This document shows, piece after piece, positions 1-8,079 of a DNA stretch of 64,000 nucleotides. The position numbers and the translations under genes were made by a program. Below the pieces are notes generated by a model. The model saw nothing but the letters and a program-made list of their open reading frames with translations. It had not been told where the DNA came from and did not search any database. The stretch's first letter is position 1, and the number at the start of each line of letters is the position of its first letter. Origin of the DNA: a virus (taxonomy: Duplodnaviria; Heunggongvirae; Uroviricota; Caudoviricetes); IMG/VR virus record IMGVR_UViG_3300033463_000077; one strand, written 5' to 3'.

Positions 1-322
1 CGTACCCGGCCTCCTGGTCCTCGTAGTAGGCCTGAAGGCCCGCACCGGACATGATGTAGTCCATCATATCCTCCCGCTTCCGCTCTTCGTAGTTCTCCTC
101 GTCGAAGGCGGCCTCCCGGTGGCGGGGTTTGAGAGGGTTGAGGCCGTTCTCACGGCAGCCGAACTTGGCATCCGCCGCCTCCTGGTCAAAGACGATCGCG
201 TAGATCCCGGACTTCTCCCAGAGGGAGGTGTCCGCCCAAATCTCCTTGGACTGACCGTACCGCATGCGGCAGTAGGCGGAGAAGGTTTTGCCGTTGCGGA
301 AGAATTTGGTGAAGTTGGCCAT
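1..322 (-). CDS. hypothetical protein, partial (runs off window start), high-GC gene
   Basis: hand-translated minus ORF (MANFTKFFRNGKTFSAYCRMRYG...) starting at ATG ~322 with RBS AAAGGAG; motif promoter at 355-396. Confidence 0.5.
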   Translation of the reverse strand, partial: MANFTKFFRNGKTFSAYCRMRYGQSKEIWADTSLWEKSGIYAIVFDQEAADAKFGCRENGLNPLKPRHREAAFDEENYEERKREDMMDYIMSGAGLQAYYEDQEAGY

Positions 323-354
323 GATGAGCTCCTTTCGAGAGAGGTTGTTGTTGT

Positions 355-396
355 TTTGTATATTAGAATATAACAGCGGAGCCGGGAAAGTAAACC
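355..396 (-). promoter_or_regulatory. conserved early promoter motif copy (GTTTAC-N17-TGnTATATT + AAAATA)
   Basis: motif match read on minus strand. Confidence 0.6.
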
Positions 397-400
397 AAGA

Positions 401-631
401 TCAGTCATTCCTCGGTTCAATTTTAGAACTGAGAATGGACTTAATAGTGCAGAGGAACATGAGGAGACCGAACATCTGCCAATAACCGATCTCGCCAAGC
501 TTAAGGTACCCGGCAAACATATTCCATGTTTCCTGAGCGATGATCGCTGCAATAAGGGACACCGCTGCGAGAAGCAGAAGAGATCCAAGAATTCCTACAA
601 AAACGACTCCAACAATAGAAAGAACTTTCAT
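401..631 (-). CDS. small membrane protein (76 aa)
   Basis: track ORF 401..697 trimmed to ATG after RBS AAAAGGAGGA; hydrophobic. Confidence 0.55.
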   Translation of the reverse strand: MKVLSIVGVVFVGILGSLLLLAAVSLIAAIIAQETWNMFAGYLKLGEIGYWQMFGLLMFLCTIKSILSSKIEPRND

Positions 632-647
632 AGTTTTTATCCTCCTT

Positions 648-827
648 TTAGTAAAGTTCACCGTTTTCTTTGACTTCAACGATCCGATCAATGGCATTCA
701 GTTTGCCAAAGTGAGCAAAGAAGGCCTTGATGGCAAGCTCTTTGGTCTTAGCCGGGATGGTTCGGACGAACCGGGTTGTGCCACCGTAGGTGGGGAAAGT
801 GTGTGCCGCGATGATGAACTTTTTCAT
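648..827 (-). CDS. hypothetical protein (59 aa)
   Basis: track ORF trimmed to MKKF start; RBS; promoter 847-886. Confidence 0.5.
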   Translation of the reverse strand: MKKFIIAAHTFPTYGGTTRFVRTIPAKTKELAIKAFFAHFGKLNAIDRIVEVKENGELY

Positions 828-846
828 TTTATTTCCTTTCAGTTTG

Positions 847-886
847 TTGATATTAGAATATAACATCAGGTCTAAGAAAGTAAACC
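847..886 (-). promoter_or_regulatory. conserved early promoter motif copy
   Basis: motif match. Confidence 0.6.
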
Positions 887-898
887 AAAAAAAGGCCG

Positions 899-1252
899 TT
901 AGGCCCGGTCCGAGGAACCGATCAGTTTGTGGGTCTTAGGATCGAAGATCTCCACTTTGAGGACTCGGGCATCCCCGTGCACTTCATTTTGGTAGATTTC
1001 CGGCAGCTGACGGAGAAGTCTCCGCACACAGAAGTCATTGAGGACCGGGATGAGGAAGGTCTGGGTATGGTCCCAGTTCATCTCGGTCTCAAGGTCCCTG
1101 TCGGTCTCATTGGCCAGATTGGCCCGGTCCCGGAGGTAGCGGACGGCATCGATGATAGCCGGCCAGGCCAGGGTGATCCGAGGGACGAAGGTGATGGAGC
1201 CGTGGAAAGTGACGGAGGAGAGGGTGGAGAAGGAGGAGGTGAGAGAAGCCAT
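899..1252 (-). CDS. hypothetical protein (117 aa)
   Basis: ORF with RBS GAAAGGAAC; promoter 1276-1315. Confidence 0.55.
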   Translation of the reverse strand: MASLTSSFSTLSSVTFHGSITFVPRITLAWPAIIDAVRYLRDRANLANETDRDLETEMNWDHTQTFLIPVLNDFCVRRLLRQLPEIYQNEVHGDARVLKVEIFDPKTHKLIGSSDRA

Positions 1253-1275
1253 AGTGGAGTTCCTTTCGGTTGTTG

Positions 1276-1315
1276 GTTGTATTAAAATATAACACCCGGA
1301 GTCAAAAAGTAAACC
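1276..1315 (-). promoter_or_regulatory. conserved early promoter motif copy
   Basis: motif match. Confidence 0.6.
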
Positions 1316-1321
1316 AAAAAA

Positions 1322-1519
1322 TCACTCCTTGAACACATCGGAATAATCGATGCACAGTTCACCTTTCGCATTACGGGTGAGATGGGACTTCCTATTCGAA
1401 GGTTTGGCTCCGGGTTTCACTAAAGTGAGCCGCCCTGCCGCATTTCGCATGAAGATGGCTTTCGCATCTTTGAAGTTGGCGTTGGAGACAGGGGTTGCCT
1501 TGATGGTGAGCTTCTTCAT
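1322..1519 (-). CDS. hypothetical protein (65 aa)
   Basis: ORF, RBS AAGGAAAGGA, promoter 1538-1579. Confidence 0.5.
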   Translation of the reverse strand: MKKLTIKATPVSNANFKDAKAIFMRNAAGRLTLVKPGAKPSNRKSHLTRNAKGELCIDYSDVFKE

Positions 1520-1537
1520 GGTATGTTCCTTTCCTTT

Positions 1538-1579
1538 TGTTGATATTAGAATATAACACCTGGAGTCAAAAAGTAAACC
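1538..1579 (-). promoter_or_regulatory. conserved early promoter motif copy
   Basis: motif match. Confidence 0.6.
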
Positions 1580-1585
1580 GAAAAA

Positions 1586-1665
1586 TCAAAGGGAAAGACT
1601 AAAATCTAGTATTTTTACACTTTTGCCCGCCCCTCTGGGTCGGCAGCGATCGAAGCTTGATCGAT
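1586..1665 (-). ncRNA. orphan promoter-driven short element (repeat family R1 copy, CCCAGAGGGGCGGG core)
   Basis: downstream of promoter 1666-1707 with no ORF/RBS-start; shares ~50-bp element with 25229, 25810, 61330. Confidence 0.35.
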
Positions 1666-1707
1666 TGGTTGATATTTGAATATAACAAGAAGTCAAAGAA
1701 AGTAAAC
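1666..1707 (-). promoter_or_regulatory. conserved promoter motif copy (orphan, drives R1 element)
   Basis: motif match, no ORF downstream. Confidence 0.5.
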
Positions 1708-1740
1708 TAAAAAGGACCGATCTTTTCAGACCGATCCTTC
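1706..1740 (-). terminator. rho-independent terminator downstream of family A gene
   Basis: minus RNA GGAUCGGUC-UGAAAA-GAUCGGUCC + UUUUUAG. Confidence 0.55.
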
Positions 1741-1757
1741 TGTTATTGGAGTGTGTT

Positions 1758-2183
1758 TCAGGCCTCCTGGAGAGCGGTGGCCTCCGCCTCGGTAGTTTCC
1801 ATAGCCTTGGCCTTAAGGGCCTCTGCTGCGGCTTTCTTCCGAGCACGGTACCGACGGTTGGCCTCGGCTTTCCGAGCTTTCCGAGCTGCCGCCTTCTCCG
1901 CGGCTTCCTTGGCGGCCTTCCGCGCCTTGTCCAACTGACGGCGGCAGGTGGCCTTGATGGCATTCGGCATTTCGACCTTACCCTTGGAGTTGCGGCGGAA
2001 GGTGATGTCCTTAAAGGTCTCACCGTCTTCGGTGGTGACAATGGCTCGGACTCCCGCCTCGAGGTCCTTGTCGGTCAGGTTGTCCCGGACCTTGCGGAGC
2101 TCGTTCCACATGGCGGATTCGGACTTAACGGAGATGGTGGTCTCTTCGGTGGAGCGGGTGAGGTTGATGGTGAGTGCCTTCAT
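1758..2183 (-). CDS. paralog family A: putative DNA-binding protein with Lys/Ala/Arg-rich basic C-terminal tail
   Basis: ORF; shares SEANMW...VTTEDG..FKDI..NSKGK.EMPNAVKETCRRQ plus KARKAAKE..RKARKAEANRRYRARKK tail with 5 paralogs; own hairpin terminator. Confidence 0.6.
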   Translation of the reverse strand: MKALTINLTRSTEETTISVKSESAMWNELRKVRDNLTDKDLEAGVRAIVTTEDGETFKDITFRRNSKGKVEMPNAIKATCRRQLDKARKAAKEAAEKAAARKARKAEANRRYRARKKAAAEALKAKAMETTEAEATALQEA

Positions 2184-2209
2184 GGTGGCTTCCTTTCTGT
2201 TTGGTTGTT

Positions 2210-2250
2210 GTTGATATTATAATATAACACCGAAAATCAAAAAGTAAACC
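2210..2250 (-). promoter_or_regulatory. conserved early promoter motif copy
   Basis: motif match. Confidence 0.6.
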
Positions 2251-2258
2251 GAAATGGA

Positions 2259-2654
2259 TCAGTCTTCCGGAAGTTCAAAGTAGCGGACCTTACCGTCAGA
2301 GAAGGGCTCCCAAATGATATGATTCCGATCAATGTAGTTCTCGAAATAGCGGGCATATTTTTCGGGGTAGACCAACCGAATGATTTTGGAAGCGGGGATC
2401 TGTTCGTCAGTGGCAAGGCAATTATAGGGCTCATACATATTATCCAAGTCATCATCCAAAGCCCCTTCGATCATCTCTTTGGTCAACTCGGGAAGTTCCA
2501 CCTGAGACTGATACACATATTTCCGATGAGCATTTTCAAAGTTTCGAATGGCCGAGCCGGGACCTTCCGCAAGAATGATGTGATGAACCGGAGTTTTGGT
2601 GGGGTCATCAATGGCATAAGAAGTGACTCGAAAAACTTTTTCTGTTTCGCGCAT
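2259..2654 (-). CDS. hypothetical protein, paralog family B (EGALDDDLDNMYEPY motif)
   Basis: ORF; paralog at 6743..7135; RBS; promoter 2676-2714. Confidence 0.55.
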   Translation of the reverse strand: MRETEKVFRVTSYAIDDPTKTPVHHIILAEGPGSAIRNFENAHRKYVYQSQVELPELTKEMIEGALDDDLDNMYEPYNCLATDEQIPASKIIRLVYPEKYARYFENYIDRNHIIWEPFSDGKVRYFELPED

Positions 2655-2675
2655 AGTTCAGTCCTTTCAATTGGT

Positions 2676-2714
2676 TATTATTTGAATATAACAAGATTGT
2701 CCGAAAAGTAAACC
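2676..2714 (-). promoter_or_regulatory. conserved early promoter motif copy
   Basis: motif match. Confidence 0.6.
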
Positions 2715-2716
2715 GA

Positions 2717-2884
2717 TCAGTCCACACGGATGATATCATTCAGTTTGACAGTCAGAGGCTTCCAAGCTTCTTTGATCTTCGGCCACATCTTACGAGCTTC
2801 GGCTTTGTTTGCGGCGAGAACCTCAAGAATTCTGGTGCGAGGAGAATTGTCAGCGACAAAAGCGATGCGATAGAGATGAAGCAT
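2717..2884 (-). CDS. small protein (55 aa), paralog family C
   Basis: hand-found ORF MLHLYRIAFVADNSPR... with RBS AAAGGA; paralog of 4073..4231; promoter 2904-2944. Confidence 0.45.
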   Translation of the reverse strand: MLHLYRIAFVADNSPRTRILEVLAANKAEARKMWPKIKEAWKPLTVKLNDIIRVD

Positions 2885-2903
2885 TTAAGAGATCCTTTCC
2901 TTT

Positions 2904-2944
2904 TGTTGATATTATAATATAACAAGATTGTCCGAAAAGTAAAC
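2904..2944 (-). promoter_or_regulatory. conserved early promoter motif copy
   Basis: motif match. Confidence 0.6.
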
Positions 2945-2950
2945 CGAAAA

Positions 2951-2990
2951 ACTAAAAAGGTTCGGACCTTTTCTGATCCGAACCTAAGCC
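2951..2990 (-). terminator. rho-independent terminator downstream of family A gene
   Basis: GGUUCGGAUC-AGAAAA-GGUCCGAACC + UUUUUAG. Confidence 0.55.
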
Positions 2991-3006
2991 TTTCCAGGAA
3001 GGTTTA

Positions 3007-3435
3007 TTAAGCCTTCATGGGATCCGCGGCGATTTCCACAGCCTCATTGGTGACCGCATTCAAAGCTTCTTTCTCCGCCTTTTTCCGAGCCCGATACCGA
3101 CGGTTGGCTTCCGCCTTCCGGGCCTTCCGAGCGGCTTCCTTTTCCGCTTTCTCTTTCGCGGCCTTCCGGGCTTTTTCGACCTGGCGGCGGCAGGTCTCCT
3201 TGACCGCATTCGGCATTTCGATCTTTCCCTTGGAATTCCGCTTGAAGGTGATGTCCTTGAACAGGGTGCCGTCCTCGGTGGTGACGATAGCCTTCGGGGC
3301 GTCCTCAGCGGACAGATCGGCATCGGTCAGCTGATCCCGGACAGAGCGGAGGATGTTCCACATATTGGCCTCGGACTTGGCTTCGACAGTGGTGGTGTTG
3401 CCGCTGACGGTGGTGGTGATGGTGAGCTTTTTCAT
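3007..3435 (-). CDS. paralog family A basic-tail protein
   Basis: track ORF trimmed to MKKLTI start; KA/R-rich tail; own terminator 2951-2990. Confidence 0.6.
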   Translation of the reverse strand: MKKLTITTTVSGNTTTVEAKSEANMWNILRSVRDQLTDADLSAEDAPKAIVTTEDGTLFKDITFKRNSKGKIEMPNAVKETCRRQVEKARKAAKEKAEKEAARKARKAEANRRYRARKKAEKEALNAVTNEAVEIAADPMKA

Positions 3436-3457
3436 GGTGTGTTCCTTTCGTTTTGTT

Positions 3458-3500
3458 ATTGTTGATATTAGAATATAACAGAAAATCTTGGATTGTAAAC
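3458..3500 (-). promoter_or_regulatory. conserved early promoter motif copy
   Basis: motif match. Confidence 0.6.
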
Positions 3501-3508
3501 CGATTTGT

Positions 3509-3805
3509 TCAATTGAGAGCAATGTTCGGTTCTTTAATCTCTTTGATCAGAAAATCCTGGACCATATCATCCGCCAGATACATCACATTTTCCTTCGCCG
3601 TGGCAGGATAGGAAACACTGACTCCGGCCTGATCTTCGTAAAAGGTCGAATCTTTGATCTTTTCAGAGAGAGCTTTTCCAAGCCGCCTTGCCATCATCTT
3701 TGCTTCGTCGAAGGAAGAAAAGAGGCCGATGAGGTCTTCCTTGTGGGTGAAGGAAGAATGATCGATAGTATCATAGGAAATGAGGCGGGAGAAGATGGTG
3801 AACAT
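3509..3805 (-). CDS. hypothetical protein (98 aa)
   Basis: ORF; promoter 3833-3880. Confidence 0.5.
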   Translation of the reverse strand: MFTIFSRLISYDTIDHSSFTHKEDLIGLFSSFDEAKMMARRLGKALSEKIKDSTFYEDQAGVSVSYPATAKENVMYLADDMVQDFLIKEIKEPNIALN

Positions 3806-3832
3806 TGGGAACCTCCTTAGTAAAGTGATGAG

Positions 3833-3880
3833 TTGTTGATATTATAATATAATATAACAGCTGGCTAAAACATGTAAACC
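3833..3880 (-). promoter_or_regulatory. conserved early promoter motif copy (variant)
   Basis: motif match. Confidence 0.55.
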
Positions 3881-3885
3881 AAAGT

Positions 3886-3993
3886 TCAAAACAAAGTCGT
3901 CAAAAGCACTAGACCTGCAACTGCTGCCCCGTAAATAATTGCTCCAAGACCGAGGAAGATTCCAAACATCGCAGGCATAAAAAACTCTTTCAT
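3886..3993 (-). CDS. small hydrophobic peptide (~35 aa)
   Basis: hand-found ORF MMKEFFMPAMFGIFLGLGAIIYGAAVAG..., RBS AAGGAG, promoter 4025-4067. Confidence 0.3.
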   Translation of the reverse strand: MKEFFMPAMFGIFLGLGAIIYGAAVAGLVLLTTLF

Positions 3994-4024
3994 CATTGTG
4001 CTCCTTTGTTAGGATTGTTTGTTG

Positions 4025-4067
4025 TTATTGATATTTCAATATAACAGCAAGATCTGAAAAGTAAACC
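4025..4067 (-). promoter_or_regulatory. conserved early promoter motif copy
   Basis: motif match. Confidence 0.6.
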
Positions 4068-4072
4068 GAAAA

Positions 4073-4231
4073 TCAATCTTTCTTGATGATGTCCAACAGA
4101 GTGAGACGGCCTTCCGTTCTTTTGAAGGAGGTCCACTGTTTTCTGGCGGCGGCTTTATTCTGAGCGAGGAAATCACAGTAGAAAGAACGATCCGAATTTG
4201 CGCGGCGGAAGACAAAGCGGTAGGTGTGCAT
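4073..4231 (-). CDS. small protein (52 aa), paralog family C
   Basis: hand-found ORF MHTYRFVFRRANSDRSFY...; RBS GAAAGGAGAA; promoter 4251-4292. Confidence 0.45.
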   Translation of the reverse strand: MHTYRFVFRRANSDRSFYCDFLAQNKAAARKQWTSFKRTEGRLTLLDIIKKD

Positions 4232-4250
4232 TGATGTGTTCTCCTTTCGT

Positions 4251-4292
4251 TTGTTGATATTAAAATATAACAGGAGGATCCGAAAAGTAAAC
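4251..4292 (-). promoter_or_regulatory. conserved early promoter motif copy
   Basis: motif match. Confidence 0.6.
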
Positions 4293-4294
4293 CA

Positions 4295-4591
4295 TTATTC
4301 CTCGTAGCAGTCCGGGAAAATCAAGAATTTGCTTCGTTCATAACCGGGGAACATAAAGTACCCATTGGGATAGTAAGCAAATTTGCACATTTTCTGAAAT
4401 TCAATACCTCTATTGTCCACCTCCTTGTTATCCTTCATGAGGTGAGATGTGATAGTAAAGGTGCATTTCCGATCTCCGAAGTGGCGGCGGACAAAACGCT
4501 TAGCAGCCTTGACCAAAGGCATGAATTCACGATCTTCAAGGGATGCTGCCGGGTCAGCTGAAAAGTGTGCTTTGAAGAGAATGTAATCCAT
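4295..4591 (-). CDS. hypothetical protein (98 aa)
   Basis: track ORF trimmed to MDYILFK; promoter 4608-4649. Confidence 0.5.
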   Translation of the reverse strand: MDYILFKAHFSADPAASLEDREFMPLVKAAKRFVRRHFGDRKCTFTITSHLMKDNKEVDNRGIEFQKMCKFAYYPNGYFMFPGYERSKFLIFPDCYEE

Positions 4592-4607
4592 ATTAGAACC
4601 TTTCAAT

Positions 4608-4649
4608 TGTTGATATTAGAATATAACACCTGGAGTCAAAAAGTAAACC
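4608..4649 (-). promoter_or_regulatory. conserved early promoter motif copy
   Basis: motif match. Confidence 0.6.
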
Positions 4650-4655
4650 AAGATT

Positions 4656-4810
4656 TCAGCATTCTTCAATCCGAAGGATCATAACATTCGGACCGTTGAT
4701 CTTGCTTTCGGAATTGAAAACCTCGAGAGTGGAAGTTCCTTTGACCGTGTAGCTCATATGAAGGTTTTTGCTTTCATCAATGGCGGTGACGTAGAAAAGC
4801 TTCTTTTTCA
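4656..4810 (-). CDS. small protein (51 aa)
   Basis: hand-found ORF MKKKLFYVTAIDESK..., RBS GGAGGAACAAAGA. Confidence 0.4.
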
Positions 4811-4825
4811 TTCTTTGTTCCTCCT

Positions 4826-4970
4826 ATCAGTCTTCAGCCTTTTTCCAAGACTTATCTTTGCGGTTATAGTCCCTCTTGGACTTAAAAGCTTTAGTGGCGG
4901 GTTTCAGCTGTCCCCAAGTGCGACGGGTGGAGAGGGCGATCTCGTTGAGGCTTATGGTCATCTTTTTCAT
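4826..4970 (-). CDS. small basic protein (47 aa), paralog family D
   Basis: hand-found ORF MKKMTISLNEIALSTRRTWG...; paralog of 9879..10022; promoter 4988-5030. Confidence 0.45.
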
Positions 4971-4987
4971 TTCGGATTCCTTTCTTG

Positions 4988-5030
4988 TTGTTATATTAGA
5001 ATATAACAGAATATCAAAGAAAGTAAACCG
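4988..5030 (-). promoter_or_regulatory. conserved early promoter motif copy
   Basis: motif match. Confidence 0.6.
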
Positions 5031-5035
5031 ATCAA

Positions 5036-5323
5036 TCAGTGAACAGAAAGAAAATGTTCAGCACTCACTGCATTGATGTATTTGTCCTTGGAAGAGTAAA
5101 GAAGGAAAATTCGTTCACCTTTTTCAAAACCGGGAAGGGTCACTCTATCCAAAGGCGGAAAGTTCCAAACATGGACCTTCTTTGTTTTACAGTTGTGGAT
5201 AGAAAGATAAAAGCCGTGTTCAAAACCTCCGGCTTCCGCCATCGCTGCCCACATCGAATTGGGAATAGAGATGCGGTTCCTGGATCTGATCGTTACGATC
5301 TCACTTATAAGAATGTCTTCCAT
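5036..5323 (-). CDS. hypothetical protein (95 aa)
   Basis: track ORF trimmed to MEDIL start after RBS GAAGGAGA; promoter 5341-5380. Confidence 0.5.
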   Translation of the reverse strand: MEDILISEIVTIRSRNRISIPNSMWAAMAEAGGFEHGFYLSIHNCKTKKVHVWNFPPLDRVTLPGFEKGERIFLLYSSKDKYINAVSAEHFLSVH

Positions 5324-5340
5324 AATCTGTTCTCCTTCGT

Positions 5341-5380
5341 TTATATTTGAATATAACAAGATTCAAAGAAAAGTAAACCC
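5341..5380 (-). promoter_or_regulatory. conserved early promoter motif copy
   Basis: motif match. Confidence 0.6.
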
Positions 5381-5389
5381 AGGTTTTTT

Positions 5390-5430
5390 GATTCCAAATG
5401 GGAGTTGAAAAACCTGGGAGAGAGTTAGTA
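5390..5430 (-). terminator. hairpin terminator-like element downstream of phosphatase gene
   Basis: CAGGUUUUU...AAAAACCUG 9-bp stem. Confidence 0.35.
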
Positions 5431-5466
5431 ACAAGGAATGAGGCTTAGCTGAAGAGGAGCTGCTTT

Positions 5467-6021
5467 CTAGATCTTCGTTATATGATCCACACGTTCGCCG
5501 TCTTCATTGTATTCAATGTCATTCACTTCTATGCCTCTGAATGGAGCTCCGAACATTTCAAGTTTCAAAATTCTCATCACCTCAGGATTAGGCATGATAT
5601 GAGAGTTGTTCATTCTAAAAGCTTCATTGTCAATGCGGTTCGTTTTCAGAAACTTATTGAAGTATTCATTGAGCAGAGATCCAACAGCACCGCTGCGGCT
5701 AACTCCTGCATCACAATGAACATAGAATTCCATCTTCCCATCGTCCTTTACAGTCTTCAGGAATTCCATGATCTTCTGAGCATGTTCCTTATTGAAGTGG
5801 ATGACATTCTGTTCTTTGTCCTTTTCAGTTACGTCATCAAAACAGAGTTTGCAGACGTTCGAACGATTGGGCAAAGGACTGAGCTTCGGTTCTCCATTCA
5901 TACTCCAACCATAGTCGATCTCGGATGAATAAATGGAGATGAAGTAGTTCTTCTTCGCAAATTCTTTGTTCACTTTGAGCATTCCTTTGATCTCTGCTCT
6001 GCTGCAGACGTATATCTTCAT
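5467..6021 (-). CDS. Cys-based phosphatase of the PTP/dual-specificity family (protein or polynucleotide phosphatase)
   Basis: contains exact PTP signature VHCDAGVSRSG (HCxAGxxRSG); start set at MKIYV after RBS. Confidence 0.6.
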   Translation of the reverse strand: MKIYVCSRAEIKGMLKVNKEFAKKNYFISIYSSEIDYGWSMNGEPKLSPLPNRSNVCKLCFDDVTEKDKEQNVIHFNKEHAQKIMEFLKTVKDDGKMEFYVHCDAGVSRSGAVGSLLNEYFNKFLKTNRIDNEAFRMNNSHIMPNPEVMRILKLEMFGAPFRGIEVNDIEYNEDGERVDHITKI

Positions 6022-6037
6022 TTTCTTTTCCTTTTCC

Positions 6038-6376
6038 TTAACAAGTTTTTGCCATGAGGGCAATCAGTTTTTCCTCCTGGAACGAAGGACAGTGCATCAG
6101 CTGACGAGCATATTTGCCCATCTTTTTGAAAACCCAGGGAAGCTGTTTTTCCGTAAGGTGTCCTTTGAACAAAACCCGCTTGGCACAGCTGGTGAGGAAT
6201 GGAGCATCCGATCCAGTGAAGCCAATCCCATTGTGATGATTGGTCGTCGCGGTCTCCTGTTCAGAAGCAGTCTGAGCCTCAAAGATCTTGAGCAGTGCTC
6301 TCTCAGTCCAACGAGGATCGGTGGTGATTTTGGTGCGAAGGAAATCGAGCTGCTGTTCTTTCGTGGGCTTATTCAT
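6038..6376 (-). CDS. hypothetical protein (112 aa)
   Basis: track ORF trimmed to MNKPTKEQ after RBS GGAGGA; promoter 6394-6434. Confidence 0.5.
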   Translation of the reverse strand: MNKPTKEQQLDFLRTKITTDPRWTERALLKIFEAQTASEQETATTNHHNGIGFTGSDAPFLTSCAKRVLFKGHLTEKQLPWVFKKMGKYARQLMHCPSFQEEKLIALMAKTC

Positions 6377-6393
6377 ATTGTGTGTCCTCCAAT

Positions 6394-6434
6394 TGTTGAT
6401 ATTATAATATAACACCGATCTGGGAAAAGTAAAC
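6394..6434 (-). promoter_or_regulatory. conserved early promoter motif copy
   Basis: motif match. Confidence 0.6.
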
Positions 6435-6437
6435 AAA

Positions 6438-6680
6438 TCAAATTCCGATCAAATGCATTTCCTTCACTTCGGCATCAATCACTTCACCACACTCCTCCAC
6501 GGACCAAATAGCATAATCGTAGTTTTTGGCGGACTTGAACTTATTCTGTAAAATGTTGTAAAGAATAGAACAACCGCGGACACGTGCATCATTCGGATCA
6601 TTAGCCTTCACGGTCAGCATGCCATCTTTGATGATGGAGTGAAGAAGATTGACGGTGAAGTGAACTTCGTAGGTTTTCAT
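6438..6680 (-). CDS. hypothetical protein (80 aa)
   Basis: ORF, RBS AAAGGAG, promoter 6696-6735. Confidence 0.5.
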   Translation of the reverse strand: MKTYEVHFTVNLLHSIIKDGMLTVKANDPNDARVRGCSILYNILQNKFKSAKNYDYAIWSVEECGEVIDAEVKEMHLIGI

Positions 6681-6695
6681 AATTGGCTCCTTTGA

Positions 6696-6735
6696 TTGAT
6701 ATTATAATTTAACACCAATCAAAGGATTGTAAACC
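6696..6735 (-). promoter_or_regulatory. conserved early promoter motif copy
   Basis: motif match. Confidence 0.6.
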
Positions 6736-6742
6736 GAAATTC

Positions 6743-7135
6743 TCAGTCTTCGGGAATTTCAAAATATCTCCAAGAGCCATTGGACTGCTGTTCGGCAATG
6801 ATGTTGTTCCGCTGACAATACCCAGGAATATACGAACCATAGTACTTATCGGGGTAGAACTTTTTGATGATCTCAGAGGCCGGAATCTCCTCATCCGTGG
6901 CCAGGCAGGTGTAAGGTTCATACATATTGTCAAGGTCATCATCGAGAGCTCCTTCGATCATCTTCTGAGAGAGCTCAACGAGTTCCTTAACAGAACTGTA
7001 GGTATGGCCCTGATGGCCGTGGAGGAAATTGTCGATGGCTTCAGTCTTCGAATTGGCTGAAATGATCAGGTTGGTCTGTTTGACGGGAGAAGCGGAATCA
7101 CAAGGAACGGCAGTGAATTGGAAAAGCTTGTACAT
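6743..7135 (-). CDS. hypothetical protein, paralog family B
   Basis: ORF; shares KMIEGALDDDLDNMYEPYTCLATDEEIPAS with 2259..2654; promoter 7157-7196. Confidence 0.55.
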   Translation of the reverse strand: MYKLFQFTAVPCDSASPVKQTNLIISANSKTEAIDNFLHGHQGHTYSSVKELVELSQKMIEGALDDDLDNMYEPYTCLATDEEIPASEIIKKFYPDKYYGSYIPGYCQRNNIIAEQQSNGSWRYFEIPED

Positions 7136-7156
7136 GAAGCAGTCCTTTCTGTTAAG

Positions 7157-7196
7157 GTTGTATTAAAATATAACAAAGATTCCGAAAAAGTAAACC
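7157..7196 (-). promoter_or_regulatory. conserved early promoter motif copy
   Basis: motif match. Confidence 0.6.
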
Positions 7197-7208
7197 AAGT
7201 TTACCAAA

Positions 7209-7472
7209 TTATTTGCTCAGAAAAACTCTGCAATAATCAGTGTCAGTCATCATGTCCATAAGATCATCAAAGTCATCTGACCATTCGGTCATAATGGCAG
7301 CGATCAGAGAGTCCTTTGTCCCAGTCAGAGACCAAGAAGAATAATGATCACCGCCATCATTAAATGATGCTGTGATGTTATATTTGTATTTCATCTTTGC
7401 TTCAAAAGTCTTCACTTCGGCTTCATTCGCCCACATTGAATCAATGGTGACTGTAATAGGCTTCTCTTTCAT
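7209..7472 (-). CDS. hypothetical acidic protein (87 aa)
   Basis: ORF, RBS AAAGGGA; last gene of 4-gene operon from promoter 8310-8350. Confidence 0.5.
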   Translation of the reverse strand: MKEKPITVTIDSMWANEAEVKTFEAKMKYKYNITASFNDGGDHYSSWSLTGTKDSLIAAIMTEWSDDFDDLMDMMTDTDYCRVFLSK

Positions 7473-7499
7473 TTAAAAGTCCCTTTCTGTTAAACAAAC

Positions 7500-7775
7500 T
7501 TAATCATTCTTTTTCCAAAGATTGGAAGCTTTCTCCATCTGTTTGCAAGTATCTTCATATTCTTTGTACCAACTTTGAATCTTCTCTTGGAGTTCTGTTA
7601 GATCATTGTAATAGTATTCAACTTCATTAGCACCGGAGGAATGACCAAGTTCCCATGCTGTTTCAAAAATCATTTTCCTAATAGGAAGCGGAAGACTTCC
7701 ATAAGTGATCTCATTGAAAAGTTTTTCTTTTTCATCATGTTCTCTTTCAAGACGAGCTTTAAGAATAGGATTCAT
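7500..7775 (-). CDS. hypothetical protein (91 aa)
   Basis: track ORF trimmed to MNPIL after RBS GAAAGGAATG. Confidence 0.45.
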   Translation of the reverse strand: MNPILKARLEREHDEKEKLFNEITYGSLPLPIRKMIFETAWELGHSSGANEVEYYYNDLTELQEKIQSWYKEYEDTCKQMEKASNLWKKND

Positions 7776-8079
7776 ATTCATTCCTTTCAACTAATTTGAC
7801 TTGTTTAGTAAATATTTGATGAAGAAAACTCCGAAATTCATTCTGGGATTCTTTGGACCATTCAAATTTTTCTGTAATGATTGATTTTGCTGCTTTAAAT
7901 AAATCCATACGATTAGGTTTTATAAAAGATGATTTAGCAATCTCATAAAATGCAACTCCGTCACAAGTAGTATCATTGGTAAATTTATGAAGGAAAATAC
8001 GAAAAGTTTGATTATGATTATAATACTTAAGAGTAAGTATTATTTGATCATTATTTGTTTGAATAATAAAAATTTTCAT
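7759..8079 (-). CDS. hypothetical protein (106 aa), AT-rich
   Basis: ORF in operon, overlaps neighbours by few nt. Confidence 0.45.
   Translation of the reverse strand: MKIFIIQTNNDQIILTLKYYNHNQTFRIFLHKFTNDTTCDGVAFYEIAKSSFIKPNRMDLFKAAKSIITEKFEWSKESQNEFRSFLHQIFTKQVKLVERNEYESYS

Noticed and set aside
355-396. Bacteroidetes-type promoter (TTTG / TAnnTTTG)
   Set aside because: Genes use strong AAGGAG Shine-Dalgarno sites and the motif fits a sigma-70 GTTTAC-17-TGnTATATT architecture instead.
64-588. Track ORF 64..588 (174 aa, Pro/Arg/Ser-rich)
   Set aside because: Antisense or off-frame artefact of a high-GC gene; real gene is the minus-strand ORF ending at ATG 322 with RBS and promoter.
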